Virus record (IMG/VR): IMGVR_UViG_3300003972_000074
Location: 1-34,609 of that record
From: a virus
Lineage: Duplodnaviria > Caudoviricetes
Strand: one strand, 5' to 3'
DNA: 34,609 nt
Below the pieces are notes generated by a model. The model made no database searches, was not told where the DNA came from, and was given only the letters and a program-made list of their open reading frames with translations. Positions 1 through 8,021 of the stretch are shown one piece after another (position 1 is the stretch's first letter; the number at the start of each line of letters is the position of its first letter). The position numbers and the translations under genes are program-made.

Positions 1-186
1 GCCGGGCTCGGTGATGGTGAGCACCCAGCGGGTGCACTCGCAGCCGTCGTGGTGGCAGCGCCCGGCGGGGAGCTTGAGCGGGGCGTGGGGCAGGGTGACG
101 GCTGGCGTGCCGTCCTCAGCGTCGTGGTAGCCGGCGCCGTGCCCGCAGGCGCAACGGACGCCGACGGCCTCCATCAGGTCGCTCAC
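1..186 (-). CDS. Small Cys/His (Zn-finger-like) phage protein, runs off window edge
   Basis: GTG at 186 overlaps the upstream stop; hand translation MSDLMEAVGVRCACGHGAGYH...GRCHHDGCECTRW (CxCGHxxxxH...CxxxGCxC). Confidence 0.65.
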   Translation of the reverse strand, partial: MSDLMEAVGVRCACGHGAGYHDAEDGTPAVTLPHAPLKLPAGRCHHDGCECTRWVLTITEPG

Positions 187-506
187 CGCTCGCCCCTCGC
201 CTCGGCCCGGGTGTCGTGCCCGGAGGGGTCGGTGGCCGTGAGCGGGTCGAGCACGGCGTAGCTGCCGGCCCGGTAGCCGTCGGCGATCTGGTCGTCGCCG
301 GCGAGCATCTCCGGGTCGGGCACCCACCAGCAGCCGCCTGGGCAGGCCCGCTCGTCGGTGCAGCCGCACACCCGGCAGCGGGCCACGTCGCCGGGCTCAG
401 GGCCAGGGCCGCCGTCGAGCGCGGCGAGGGCGTGCGGGTCGGCCGGCGGGAACAGGCGGCGGCCGAGCCGGCGGAGGGCGTCACGCACCGGTCTCGTCCG
501 GGCCAT
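183..506 (-). CDS. Cys-rich hypothetical phage protein
   Basis: CRVCGCTDERACPGGCWWV motif; GGAGG RBS upstream; coupled to neighbours. Confidence 0.7.
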   Translation of the reverse strand: MARTRPVRDALRRLGRRLFPPADPHALAALDGGPGPEPGDVARCRVCGCTDERACPGGCWWVPDPEMLAGDDQIADGYRAGSYAVLDPLTATDPSGHDTRAEARGER

Positions 507-674
507 CTACGCCACCTCCTGCAGGGCACGGGCCCGCACCACGCGGTGCCGGCCGAGGGGGCAGCAGTCGGGGCGCTTGGCCCAGCACAGCGCCAGGTCG
601 AGGTCGGCGGTTGTGGGGTGCCGGACCTTGCGGTCGGGGCACAGGACCGCGTAGGTCACCAGGTGGGCGCCCAT
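507..674 (-). CDS. 55-aa Cys/His protein, paralog of 674..889
   Basis: Hand translation MGAHLVTYAVLCPDRKVRH...CWAKRPDCCPLGRHRVV; ATG overlaps upstream TGA. Confidence 0.65.
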   Translation of the reverse strand: MGAHLVTYAVLCPDRKVRHPTTADLDLALCWAKRPDCCPLGRHRVVRARALQEVA

Positions 675-889
675 CACGACCACCCCATGGCGGAGAGCCG
701 GCGGAGCAGCGACGGGCCCCGTCGGTAGGTGATCCGGTGGGCGCCGGCCAGCGTGCAGCAGCGGGCCTGCGCGGCCCAGCGCCGGGCGGCGCGGTCGGTC
801 GGGAACAGGCCGCCGTGGCGGCGGGCGCCGTCGGGGCAGACCACGGCGTAGCCGCGGCCGGTGGCGACGGGGGTGGCGACCGGCGTCAC
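674..889 (-). CDS. 71-aa Cys/His protein, paralog of 507..674
   Basis: GTG 889 overlaps upstream stop; YAVVCPDGARRH...WAAQARCCTLAGAHRI. Confidence 0.65.
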   Translation of the reverse strand: MTPVATPVATGRGYAVVCPDGARRHGGLFPTDRAARRWAAQARCCTLAGAHRITYRRGPSLLRRLSAMGWS

Positions 890-1290
890 GCCGGCCCCGT
901 CTCGGCCGCCTGGAGCAGCGGGGCGAGGGCGTTGAGGAACCGGGTCAGCACCTCGCTGGCGTGCTGCCGGCCGCCCTCGCCCGGGGCCAGCGACGTCCAC
1001 ATGTCGGCGGCGTAGGTGGCGCGCACCGGCAGGCCGTCCCACGGGGTGGCCCCGCCGATCCAGCCGACGAGCACGACCATCCACCGGTCGGCCGCCGCCG
1101 GTTCGCCGCGCCGCCACATCGGGACGGAGCGGTCGACGACCACCACCTGGTAGCGGCTGGTCCCCTCTGGGCTCAGCTCGACCAGGGCGACGGTGGTGGC
1201 GTCGAGGGCCTCGGCGGCGTGGGCGGCGGCCGCCTGGATGTGCTCCAGGTCGAGGACGGTGTCGTAGTCGAAGCCGGTGCGGGCGCTCAC
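886..1290 (-). CDS. Hypothetical phage early protein
   Basis: Protein-like composition; GTGA overlaps at both ends. Confidence 0.7.
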   Translation of the reverse strand: MSARTGFDYDTVLDLEHIQAAAAHAAEALDATTVALVELSPEGTSRYQVVVVDRSVPMWRRGEPAAADRWMVVLVGWIGGATPWDGLPVRATYAADMWTSLAPGEGGRQHASEVLTRFLNALAPLLQAAETGPA

Positions 1291-1490
1291 GACTTCTGCC
1301 CCGCTGCCATGGGGGGAGCGATGACGTCGACGACGTCGATGCGGGCCTCGTCGAGCTGGAGGCCGGTCACGCCCGGCGGGTTGACGACGTCGGCGAACCG
1401 CAGCGCCCGCTCGACCGCGGTCATCCAGGTGGCCGGGTCGGCGCCGTCCGGGGTGTCGACCGTGATGTGGGCGACGAACGTGGTCTTCAC
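1287..1490 (-). CDS. Hypothetical protein (67 aa)
   Basis: GTG 1490 overlaps upstream stop; MKTTFVAHITVDTPDG... Confidence 0.65.
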   Translation of the reverse strand: MKTTFVAHITVDTPDGADPATWMTAVERALRFADVVNPPGVTGLQLDEARIDVVDVIAPPMAAGQKS

Positions 1491-1813
1491 GACGCCACCG
1501 CCTCGGTGCGCGGGTTGATCCCGAACACGGTCAGCGTCGCCGCCCGGGCGGCCGACACGTTGCCGAGCGAACCGGCGTGGGCGGCGAACACGTCGTGCCA
1601 CCACCGCTCCTCGCGGGACATCGGGTGGCGGCCGGTCAGCGACCAGTCGGTCACCCGCCCGCCGAACGGGTAGGTGGCGACGGCGTCGTAGCCGAGGGTG
1701 CCGTCCTTGTGCAGCACGGGCCACACCTCGACCCGCATCCGGTCGGGCCTGTCCCGCAGGTCCACCACCAGGTCGTGGGCCACCGTGGCCACGAGCTCCT
1801 CGAACAGGCTCAT
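1487..1813 (-). CDS. Hypothetical protein (108 aa)
   Basis: ATG 1813 overlaps upstream stop; MSLFEELVATVAHDL... Confidence 0.65.
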   Translation of the reverse strand: MSLFEELVATVAHDLVVDLRDRPDRMRVEVWPVLHKDGTLGYDAVATYPFGGRVTDWSLTGRHPMSREERWWHDVFAAHAGSLGNVSAARAATLTVFGINPRTEAVAS

Positions 1814-1992
1814 GGCGTCAGCACCCCGCCCTCGTCGCTGTTGTGGAACTTGTCGGAGCCGGGCCACACCTTGACCGGCCGGTCGGGCTGCTGGTCCGAC
1901 GGGGCGTCGCCGACGCCGCGGTCGTCCTGCATCTCGGAGCACCCGACCGCCACGAGCGCGGCCAGCGCCAGTGCGGTGATCGTCTTGGTCAT
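1810..1992 (-). CDS. Small putative lipoprotein
   Basis: Signal peptide with lipobox-like MTKTITALALAALVAVGC; AAGGAAG RBS. Confidence 0.6.
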   Translation of the reverse strand: MTKTITALALAALVAVGCSEMQDDRGVGDAPSDQQPDRPVKVWPGSDKFHNSDEGGVLTP

Positions 1993-2010
1993 CTACGCTT
2001 CCTTCCGTTC

Positions 2011-2865
2011 AGCGCCGCCACCCCGCCCTGCCAGGCATAGGGGTGGCGGCGTTCGTGTTCAGGTGGCGGGGCAGCCGGTCGGGCGCCGCTGGTGGACGGC
2101 ACCTGGCGACACGCGTGGAGCGGCGGCGCCAATGGCCCCCGGCTGCCCCTGCGCACCGACCAAGCCCGGGGCGGGCGGACAGGCCAGGCCCGGTCGGTGC
2201 GCACGATCAGCCGAGGATCGGCGGTCGGGCCGCCCGCCACTGCCGGCCTCGACGGCGGCAGCAGCAGCGGGCGACCCGCCCTGGGAGATCTGGCCGGCCG
2301 GCCCCACGGGGGGATGGGACCGACCGGCGCCCTGGCGTCCGCTGGAGTGCGCCAGGGCCGGCGGCCGAGCGGCGGGGGTACCGCCCGACCGGCGAGAGAG
2401 GGACCGGGAGCGTTCCCCCACGCCACGCCACCGCCTGCACGCGGTGGTGGGAGCCAGGCCGTGGGCACCGGCTCCTCCCGGTCCCGGGCCGGGGTCGACC
2501 GATACCGCAGTCGGGACCCCGGTGCTCACCCCAGGCACGCAGCGGGCCTGGGGGAAGGTGGTCGACGCCGGGGAAGGGCGGCCAGCCCCGGCGTCGGCCA
2601 CGGTCATCCCGGTGGGGGCGGGCTGGGCGGGCGGACAGGCAACCGCGCCCCCACCGAGGGATTGGCCGACGGGGTCGGGGAGGCGGGCGGGCATGTCCCC
2701 TCCCCCGTCGGTGGCCGACGCCCAGGCAGGGTGGGTGACCTTGGTGTCGGCGATCTGGACCAGGACGTCAGCCACGGCGGGCGACCTCCCGGGTCCGGTC
2801 CTCTTCGAGGGACCGCAGCACATGCAGGTACAGGGCGAACGTCACGTACCAGAGGGCGGGCAGGC
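2011..2865. other. Array of consecutive stem-loops; probable structured non-coding region
   Basis: Inverted repeats such as 2011-2024/2040-2053, 2068-2078/2139-2149, 2150-2161/2192-2203, 2489-2522, 2529-2553, 2560-2599 and 2610-2656; identical 16-mer GGGCGGGCGGACAGGC in two loops (2169, 2625). Confidence 0.6.
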
Positions 2866-2871
2866 GGGGCC

Positions 2872-3183
2872 TCACGGCGCACCGTCCTCGTCGGCCCACG
2901 GCGTGGTCGACGCCGTGCCGAGCTGGCGGGCGTCAGCGATCCACCGGTCCCAGCCGGCGGCCAGCGACCGGCGACCGACGGCGAGCGTCGCCCGCAGCGC
3001 ACCGATGTAGATCGTCACGGCCAGGGCCACACGGCCGGCGGTCGTGCGCCGCAGCGCCTCCGGATGGCGCCAGCGCAGGTGCACCAGCACCGCGAACACG
3101 AAGGCGATGAGGGCCACCGCCGTGACGTAGGCGGCGATGTCGGCATAGGGCATGGTGCGAGGGTCGACCTGCCAGCCGCTCAC
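2872..3183 (-). CDS. Membrane protein
   Basis: Two hydrophobic segments (IAAYVTAVALIAFVFAVLV; VALAVTIYIGAL); GTGA-coupled to the HU gene. Confidence 0.7.
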   Translation of the reverse strand: MSGWQVDPRTMPYADIAAYVTAVALIAFVFAVLVHLRWRHPEALRRTTAGRVALAVTIYIGALRATLAVGRRSLAAGWDRWIADARQLGTASTTPWADEDGAP

Positions 3184-3926
3184 GGCAGCACCCCCGGCTC
3201 AGCGAGGAACGGGGCCAGGAACAGGGCGCCGGCCACGGCCACGGCCGCTGCGACGAGGACCGACCGGCACCAGCCCGGGACCGACCACCGGCCGGGCGCA
3301 CGCAGCAGGCCGGCCACCGGGGCCGAGGCCGTGAGGCACACAGGCCCAGGACCTGCGAGAGCCACGGGCTCGGGGGCGGGACCGGCGGCGGACGGCCCCA
3401 CCCCCTGACCGTGGCGGCGGGCTGGGGGCTCGGGGGCGGAGGCGTGTAGAGCCACCTCCGCCCCCTCGCCGTGGCGGGCGGGGGCCGGCTCGGGCACGGT
3501 GCGACCGACGTCGTGGCCGTCGGCACCATCGCCGGGCGTCGTGGCCGACGTCAGGGCGACGGGGTCGCCTTCACCGTCGGGCGTGCGCCCGGCATCACCA
3601 TCGCGGTCCGGGCCGTCGGCGCCGGCCCCCTGGTTGGGGTATTCGGTGGCCGCCGAGGCGACCGTGTCCTTGAGCGCCTTGAGCACGGTGACCCGGACCC
3701 GGCGACGGGCCGGGATCGGCACCGCCTCACCCGTGCGCGGGTTGCGACCCATGCGGGCCGGGCGCACGACCGGGGCGAACTTGGCGAACCCGGAGATGGC
3801 GACCGGTTCGCCGGCGGCGACGGCCGCCATGACCACCTCGGTGACGCCACGGAGGACCTCGTCGACGTCGCGGCGCGGCCGGCCGGTGCGCTCGGCGACC
3901 GCTGCGACCAGCTCGGGCCGGTTCAC
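3180..3926 (-). CDS. hup: HU family DNA-binding protein with long C-terminal extension ending in a hydrophobic helix
   Basis: MNRPELVAAVAERTG...VAISGFAKF...RPARMGRNPRTGEAVPIPARR is the HU/IHF signature. Confidence 0.9.
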   Translation of the reverse strand: MNRPELVAAVAERTGRPRRDVDEVLRGVTEVVMAAVAAGEPVAISGFAKFAPVVRPARMGRNPRTGEAVPIPARRRVRVTVLKALKDTVASAATEYPNQGAGADGPDRDGDAGRTPDGEGDPVALTSATTPGDGADGHDVGRTVPEPAPARHGEGAEVALHASAPEPPARRHGQGVGPSAAGPAPEPVALAGPGPVCLTASAPVAGLLRAPGRWSVPGWCRSVLVAAAVAVAGALFLAPFLAEPGVLP

Positions 3927-3939
3927 GGCGCACCGCCGC

Positions 3940-4137
3940 TCATCGGACGCCCTCGGGGACCTTGTGCGCCTGGACCCACCGGTCCAGGTCCGCGGGGTCG
4001 AAGCGGAGGGCGGAGTTGCGGGCCTCGCCCATCTTCACGAACGGGATGCGCCGCTGGTAGACGGCGTGGCGCACCCACCGCTCGGAGCGGCCGAGGTAGT
4101 CGGCGGCGCCCTTCACGTCGAGCAGGCGGCCGGCCAC
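3940..4137 (-). CDS. Excisionase-like helix-turn-helix protein
   Basis: LLDVKGAADYLGRSERWVRHAV...IPFVKMG...LRFDPADLDRWV (HTH_17/Xis pattern); GTG overlaps upstream TAG. Confidence 0.85.
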   Translation of the reverse strand: MAGRLLDVKGAADYLGRSERWVRHAVYQRRIPFVKMGEARNSALRFDPADLDRWVQAHKVPEGVR

Positions 4138-4430
4138 TACCCGGCCGCCTTCGCGGGAGGAGGAGGGGGAGGTGGGGGCGGAGGAGGAGGTGGGGGCGGA
4201 GGAGTGTCGCCGGGGTCGAACGCCGTCCGGACCTCGGCGGTGTGGGCGGCCCACGCCTGCCGGTTGGCGATCCGCTCGGCGACGCGGCCCTCGAGGCCGT
4301 CGAGGGAGTCGCGGCAGCGGTCCAGGGCGATGGTCAGCTTGCCCAGCGCCTCCAGGTCGGCAGGCAGCTCGAACGCCTCGACGGCCTGGGCGGTCACGTC
4401 CAGGTGGTTGGCGAGCTGGTCGGCGAGCAT
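4137..4430 (-). CDS. Hypothetical protein with a run of 16 consecutive prolines
   Basis: ATG 4430 overlaps cro stop; Pro codons span 4155-4202. Confidence 0.75.
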   Translation of the reverse strand: MLADQLANHLDVTAQAVEAFELPADLEALGKLTIALDRCRDSLDGLEGRVAERIANRQAWAAHTAEVRTAFDPGDTPPPPPPPPPPPPPPPPAKAAG

Positions 4431-4669
4431 CAGGCCACCACCTCGTCGACGCTGAACAGCGAGTCGTGGGTGGTCTGGAGCGCCTTGGCGATGGCTACCG
4501 CGGTCTCGACCGGGGGTTGGAAGCGCCCCAGCTCGTAGGAGCTGATGGTGCGCTGGTCGACGCCGGCGGCCGCGGCGAGCCCGGACTGCGAGAGGCCCAG
4601 CTCCTTGCGGCGAGCGCTGATGGCAGCGCCCCACCGCTTCAGGACTTCGGCTCCGACGTCAGCTGGCAT
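4430..4669 (-). CDS. Cro-like XRE helix-turn-helix regulator
   Basis: ISARRKELGLSQSGLAAAAGVDQRTISSYELGRFQP; first gene of the leftward early operon. Confidence 0.88.
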   Translation of the reverse strand: MPADVGAEVLKRWGAAISARRKELGLSQSGLAAAAGVDQRTISSYELGRFQPPVETAVAIAKALQTTHDSLFSVDEVVA

Positions 4670-4670
4670 G

Positions 4671-4761
4671 GCGAGTACGCTACTCGCGTTGCTAGTACCC
4701 GTCAAGAGAGTGGACTACTCGGCAGCTCCCTATTTACCAGTCTCACGGGTACTGTTAGGGT
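4671..4761. promoter_or_regulatory. Divergent lysis/lysogeny switch: promoters and operators
   Basis: Minus strand TTGACG(4705-4700)-N17-TAGCGT(4682-4677), 7 nt before cro ATG (leaderless); plus strand TTTACC(4733)-N17-TAGGGT(4756); palindrome GCGAGTA-cgc-TACTCGC 4671-4687 and related GAGTggactACTC 4708-4720. Confidence 0.75.
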
Positions 4762-4769
4762 CGGTAGCC

Positions 4770-5123
4770 ATGCCGAGCGCCGCCGAACCCGAGGCGCTCT
4801 ACGTGAGCGTCGGGGAAGCCATCCGCGCCGTTCGTGGTGCCACCAGCCAGGAAGAGCTCGCCGAAGCCATCGGGAAGAACCAGCGCACGCTCAGCTCCTA
4901 CGAGAGCGGGCGCGTCGCCGTCCCACTCCACCTGGTGCCCGTGATCGAGGACACCTGCGGCGCCCGACGTGGCACCATCTTCCGCCGCGCCGGCCTGGTC
5001 GAGGACAGCATCGAGGCCGCCATCGGCTCCGACCCCGCCCTCACCGAGAAGGGCCGGCACACCGTGTTGGCCTACTACCGCTTCGTGCGCGACGAGTACG
5101 ACGAGCTGAGGTACAGCTCCTAG
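4770..5123 (+). CDS. Immunity repressor-like XRE HTH protein
   Basis: VGEAIRAVRGATSQEELAEAIGKNQRTLSSYESGRVAVP; divergent from cro. Confidence 0.85.
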   Translation: MPSAAEPEALYVSVGEAIRAVRGATSQEELAEAIGKNQRTLSSYESGRVAVPLHLVPVIEDTCGARRGTIFRRAGLVEDSIEAAIGSDPALTEKGRHTVLAYYRFVRDEYDELRYSS

Positions 5124-5317
5124 GCCAGCAGGGCTCGCAGCTCCCGGGCCGTGAACCGCAGGTGACGGTCGAGCGTCTCGGTGACCGCCCGCTGCCAGCG
5201 CCGGATGTCGGCCTGCTCGCGCTCGATCCGCTCGACCCGGGCGGCTAGGTCCCGGAGGTCGATCCCCTCCCCTTCCCCCACGTCCGTGCCATCACGGTCA
5301 GATGCTGCCGCTGCCAC
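5120..5317 (-). CDS. Small coiled-coil hypothetical protein
   Basis: GGAGGGG RBS; LRDLAARVERIEREQADIRRW heptads. Confidence 0.6.
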   Translation of the reverse strand: MAAAASDRDGTDVGEGEGIDLRDLAARVERIEREQADIRRWQRAVTETLDRHLRFTARELRALLA

Positions 5318-5660
5318 TGGGAATCACCCCTCCAGGTTCCTCGTCCACCCTCAGAACCAGGCCACCCGGGGTCCCCAGGACCCCCCGGGTGTCGATGAGC
5401 CCCCGGCGTCGGGTGACCGTCCGCCCCCGAGAGCCTGCCGCCTGTCCGTCATCTGTTGTTCACGTGCTGGTATACCCCGTCACTCTGCGGATTTCCACTG
5501 TGACTTTGTGCAGGAACAACCACGTCCAGTGCATGTGCCCGGCCAGTAGGTAGGCGCCCGCAGGGCCGGGCTGCGACCCGGTGCTCCCCCACGGGCGCCC
5601 GACCGTGAGCGGCCCCCCGCCAGCGGGCCTTGTCCTGCACGTGACGGGGGACCGCGACCT

Positions 5661-6095
5661 TCACGCCAGCAGCGCCTCACCGAGCGCGGCCAGCTCGGCG
5701 ACGATGGACCGCAGCCGCTCCCGGTCCGGGCAGCGGGCGGCCTCGTCCGCCAGCTCCCGCACCCGGGCGATCGTGAGCGGCGTCGCGCTGTAGTCGGGGT
5801 CGTTGCCGAGCCGGATGTGCGTCTTCTCCAACACCTCGGGCTGGATGGTGTAGGGCTCCTTGAGGACGTCCAGGACCGCCAGGTCGCCCTCCGGGACGTA
5901 GCGGGGCCCGTGGCGGCCGTACATCAGCAGCTCGCTGTCCTCGATCCTGAACGGCTCCCGGCCCGTGCGCACCCGGCCCCACTCGACGACCACCCTGGCG
6001 GCGTCGATGGTGCCGTCGTACAGGACGCCCTCGGTCACGGTGGGCCGGTGCCGGTACCGCTGCGGGCCGATCTCCTGTGGCCGGCGGAGACCCAT
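5661..6095 (-). CDS. Conserved phage hypothetical protein
   Basis: RYRHRPTVTEGVLYDG...VPEGDLAVLDVLKEPYTIQPEVLEKTH resembles the widespread phage 'YRKKPVxIEA...GDWI...FYPCKPDIFxxTY' family. Confidence 0.65.
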   Translation of the reverse strand: MGLRRPQEIGPQRYRHRPTVTEGVLYDGTIDAARVVVEWGRVRTGREPFRIEDSELLMYGRHGPRYVPEGDLAVLDVLKEPYTIQPEVLEKTHIRLGNDPDYSATPLTIARVRELADEAARCPDRERLRSIVAELAALGEALLA

Positions 6096-6238
6096 CACAT
6101 CCCCCAGGCCATCGCGGCGGCGCCCCGCAGGACGACGACCGTGAACGGGACAGCGCACGCCACCAGCAGCACCGCGGCGGCGACACGGGCGGCCCGCCGT
6201 GCGGGCCCACGGACGGGGGTGGCTCTAGCATCGGGCAT
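6095..6238 (-). CDS. Small membrane protein (47 aa)
   Basis: GAGGAGG RBS; hydrophobic VAAAVLLVACAVPFTVVVL. Confidence 0.6.
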   Translation of the reverse strand: MPDARATPVRGPARRAARVAAAVLLVACAVPFTVVVLRGAAAMAWGM

Positions 6239-6320
6239 GTCGACCTCCTCGGGGTCGGCCAGCCCCCGGCCGTCGCAAGCGGTGCGGGGGCGCTTCACGT
6301 GCGGGCCACCGTAGGGCACA

Positions 6321-6419
6321 GTGTCGGCGGTGTCCACGGTCACGACACCGCCGGGACCGCACACGGTGTCTAAGTTGGACACGGTGACCACAGTCGGTAG
6401 ACCTCCCGCCGTGGGACAC
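6321..6419. promoter_or_regulatory. Cluster of GTGTC/GACAC half-sites, putative RHH operators
   Basis: Six copies in 100 bp (6321, 6330, 6344, 6366, 6378, 6415), including palindrome GTGTCtaagttgGACAC 6366-6382, between divergent genes. Confidence 0.5.
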
Positions 6420-6587
6420 GTGGCCGTGAACATCGACGACGACATCCACGGCCGGGCGCGGGCGCTTCACGTCCGGGTCCACCCCAAGATCACCTGGGCC
6501 GAGTGGGTCGAGCAGGCGATCGCGGAGAAGGTCGAGCGCGACGAAGCCGCCCAGGCCGAGGCGGAGCGGCGGCGCCGGTCGCGTTAG
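6411..6587 (+). CDS. Ribbon-helix-helix-like DNA-binding protein
   Basis: HVAVNIDDDIHGRARAL...ITWAEWVEQAIAEKV strand-helix-helix pattern; start uncertain. Confidence 0.65.
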   Translation: MGHVAVNIDDDIHGRARALHVRVHPKITWAEWVEQAIAEKVERDEAAQAEAERRRRSR

Positions 6588-7750
6588 CGGACGACGGCGA
6601 GCCGTGGCTTCACGGCTTGGCGCATGGTGTCGAGGGTGGCGGCCAGCGAGTCGTCGACCTCGGGGAACAGGTGCCCGTAGCGGTCGAGGGTGACCTGGAT
6701 CGACGAGTGCCCCATCCGCATCTGCAGGGCCTTGGGGTGGGCGCCCGCCGCCACCGCGAGGGCGGCCGACGTGTGGCGGAGGTCGTGGAACCGGGGGCCC
6801 TCGTAGCGGGCGGTGGTGCGCTTCTTGCGCCGGCCCGGCGAGTACTCGCCCTTGGTGATCTCGTAGGTGCCGAGCCCGGCCCTGGCGACCGCCGGGTACC
6901 AGACCCGCTGCATCCACCGGGAGTGCTGCAGGGGCCCGCCGGCGGGCAGGGTCCACACCAGGTCGTCGGGGTCGAGGTCCTCGACGTGGGCGGCGAGCTC
7001 GAGGGCGACGCCGGGGGGCAGGGTGACCCAGCGGCGTGACGTCCGGGTCTTCGGTTCGGACCAGACCTTGCCGGCGGGGTCGAGCTGGGTGACGACCTGC
7101 ACCCGGCCGCGCCCGGTGTCGACCCGGCCGGCGCGGAGGCCGGCGAGCTCACCCCACCGCAGCCCTCCCCAGCCGGCGACGAGCACCAGGGTCCGCCACC
7201 GGGCCGCGGTCGACGCCCGGGCGCCGCGCTGGTCGACGGCGGTGGCGACCGCCTCGAGCTGGTCGGCGGTGAGGAACTGCATCTCGTCGCCGGGGACGCG
7301 GGGTTCGACGACGTCGGCCATGGGTGACCGGGCGAGCTTCTGGCGGGCGACCGCGACCTTGAACAGGCGCCGGAGGGTGCGGTACTCGATGTGCACTGTC
7401 GCCGGCGACACGGCTTCGAGGCGCCCGGCGAGGTAGGTGTCGATCACCTCGGCTGTGGCGCGGTCGAGGCGGTAGTGGCCGAGCTCGGGGGTGATGTGGG
7501 CGAGGGCGGTCTGGTAGATGCGGCGGCTGGAGTCCCGGAGGTTGTGGGCGCCCTCCAGCCACTGGTCGGCCCACTGGGCGACGGTGAGCTTCGAGGGGGC
7601 GACGAAGGTGCCGGCCTGGACCTGACCCTTGAACAGGATCTCGTCCCGCTTGGCGTCCTCGTGGCGCTTGTACCGCTTGGTGTGGGGCTTGCCGGTGGCG
7701 TCGCGCCACCGGATCTCCCAGGTGCCGTTCTTGGTCTTGCGGGGCGCCAT
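6584..7750 (-). CDS. int: Tyrosine integrase
   Basis: N-terminal arm-binding WEIRWRD; catalytic motifs GLRWGEL, PKT, FHDLRH and GHSSIQVTLDRYGH. Confidence 0.96.
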   Translation of the reverse strand: MAPRKTKNGTWEIRWRDATGKPHTKRYKRHEDAKRDEILFKGQVQAGTFVAPSKLTVAQWADQWLEGAHNLRDSSRRIYQTALAHITPELGHYRLDRATAEVIDTYLAGRLEAVSPATVHIEYRTLRRLFKVAVARQKLARSPMADVVEPRVPGDEMQFLTADQLEAVATAVDQRGARASTAARWRTLVLVAGWGGLRWGELAGLRAGRVDTGRGRVQVVTQLDPAGKVWSEPKTRTSRRWVTLPPGVALELAAHVEDLDPDDLVWTLPAGGPLQHSRWMQRVWYPAVARAGLGTYEITKGEYSPGRRKKRTTARYEGPRFHDLRHTSAALAVAAGAHPKALQMRMGHSSIQVTLDRYGHLFPEVDDSLAATLDTMRQAVKPRLAVVR

Positions 7751-7771
7751 GACCCGTCTCCTCGTGGCCGC

Positions 7772-7806
7772 CGGACTTCGCGCGGACTTCGCGCGTGAAC
7801 TGCGCG
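7772..7806. repeat. Putative integrase arm-type sites (left arm)
   Basis: CGGACTTCGCG x2 tandem (7772, 7783) plus a degenerate third copy. Confidence 0.6.
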
Positions 7807-7877
7807 TACCATTGTCCGAGTGTGGTCAACTCCGCGCATGTGTTCGGGGACCGGCCCGGGGCCGAGGACCGGCGCTT

Positions 7878-7895
7878 ACCAGCGTTTTCGCTGGT
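7878..7895 (-). terminator. Hairpin downstream of the reconstituted tRNA 3' end
   Basis: ACCAGCG-tttt-CGCTGGT inverted repeat. Confidence 0.45.
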
Positions 7896-7915
7896 CAGCG
7901 GGCCGGGTGGCCGGA

Positions 7916-7958
7916 GCGCCCGCGGCAGGATTCGAACCTGCGGCCAACCGCTTAGGAG
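7916..7958 (-). mobile_element. attP core: 3' half of tRNA-Arg(CCT)
   Basis: Minus strand CTCCTAA GCGGT TGGCC GCAGG-TTCGAAT-CCTGC CGCGGGC G gives anticodon loop, T-arm and acceptor 3' strand; no 5' half; adjacent to integrase with phage genes on both sides. Confidence 0.85.
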
Positions 7959-8021
7959 GCGTGACGCCCTCATCGGTCGATGCCCAGGTCACGGCGGTCC
8001 TGGTGTGTCCGTCGGCGGGCC

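Noticed and set aside
1577-3408. Long ORFs 1577..3010(+), 2092..3408(+) and 2059..2823(-)
   Set aside because: Low-complexity Pro/Gly/Arg/Ala translations expected from stop-poor GC-rich DNA; no recognisable domain
3499-4455. Plus-strand ORF with a poly-glycine run
   Set aside because: Antisense shadow of the polyproline, Xis and HU genes
5449-5664. 71-aa minus-strand ORF overlapping the upstream stop
   Set aside because: The GTGA overlap is suggestive but the composition is unconvincing and the region may be regulatory; not called
4770-7958. Integration-dependent immunity (attP inside the repressor gene)
   Set aside because: The attP core is intergenic and ~2.8 kb from the repressor
7916-7990. 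Functional tRNA-Arg gene
   Set aside because: Only the 3' half is present; no D-arm or complementary acceptor 5' strand upstream, so it is treated as the attP core
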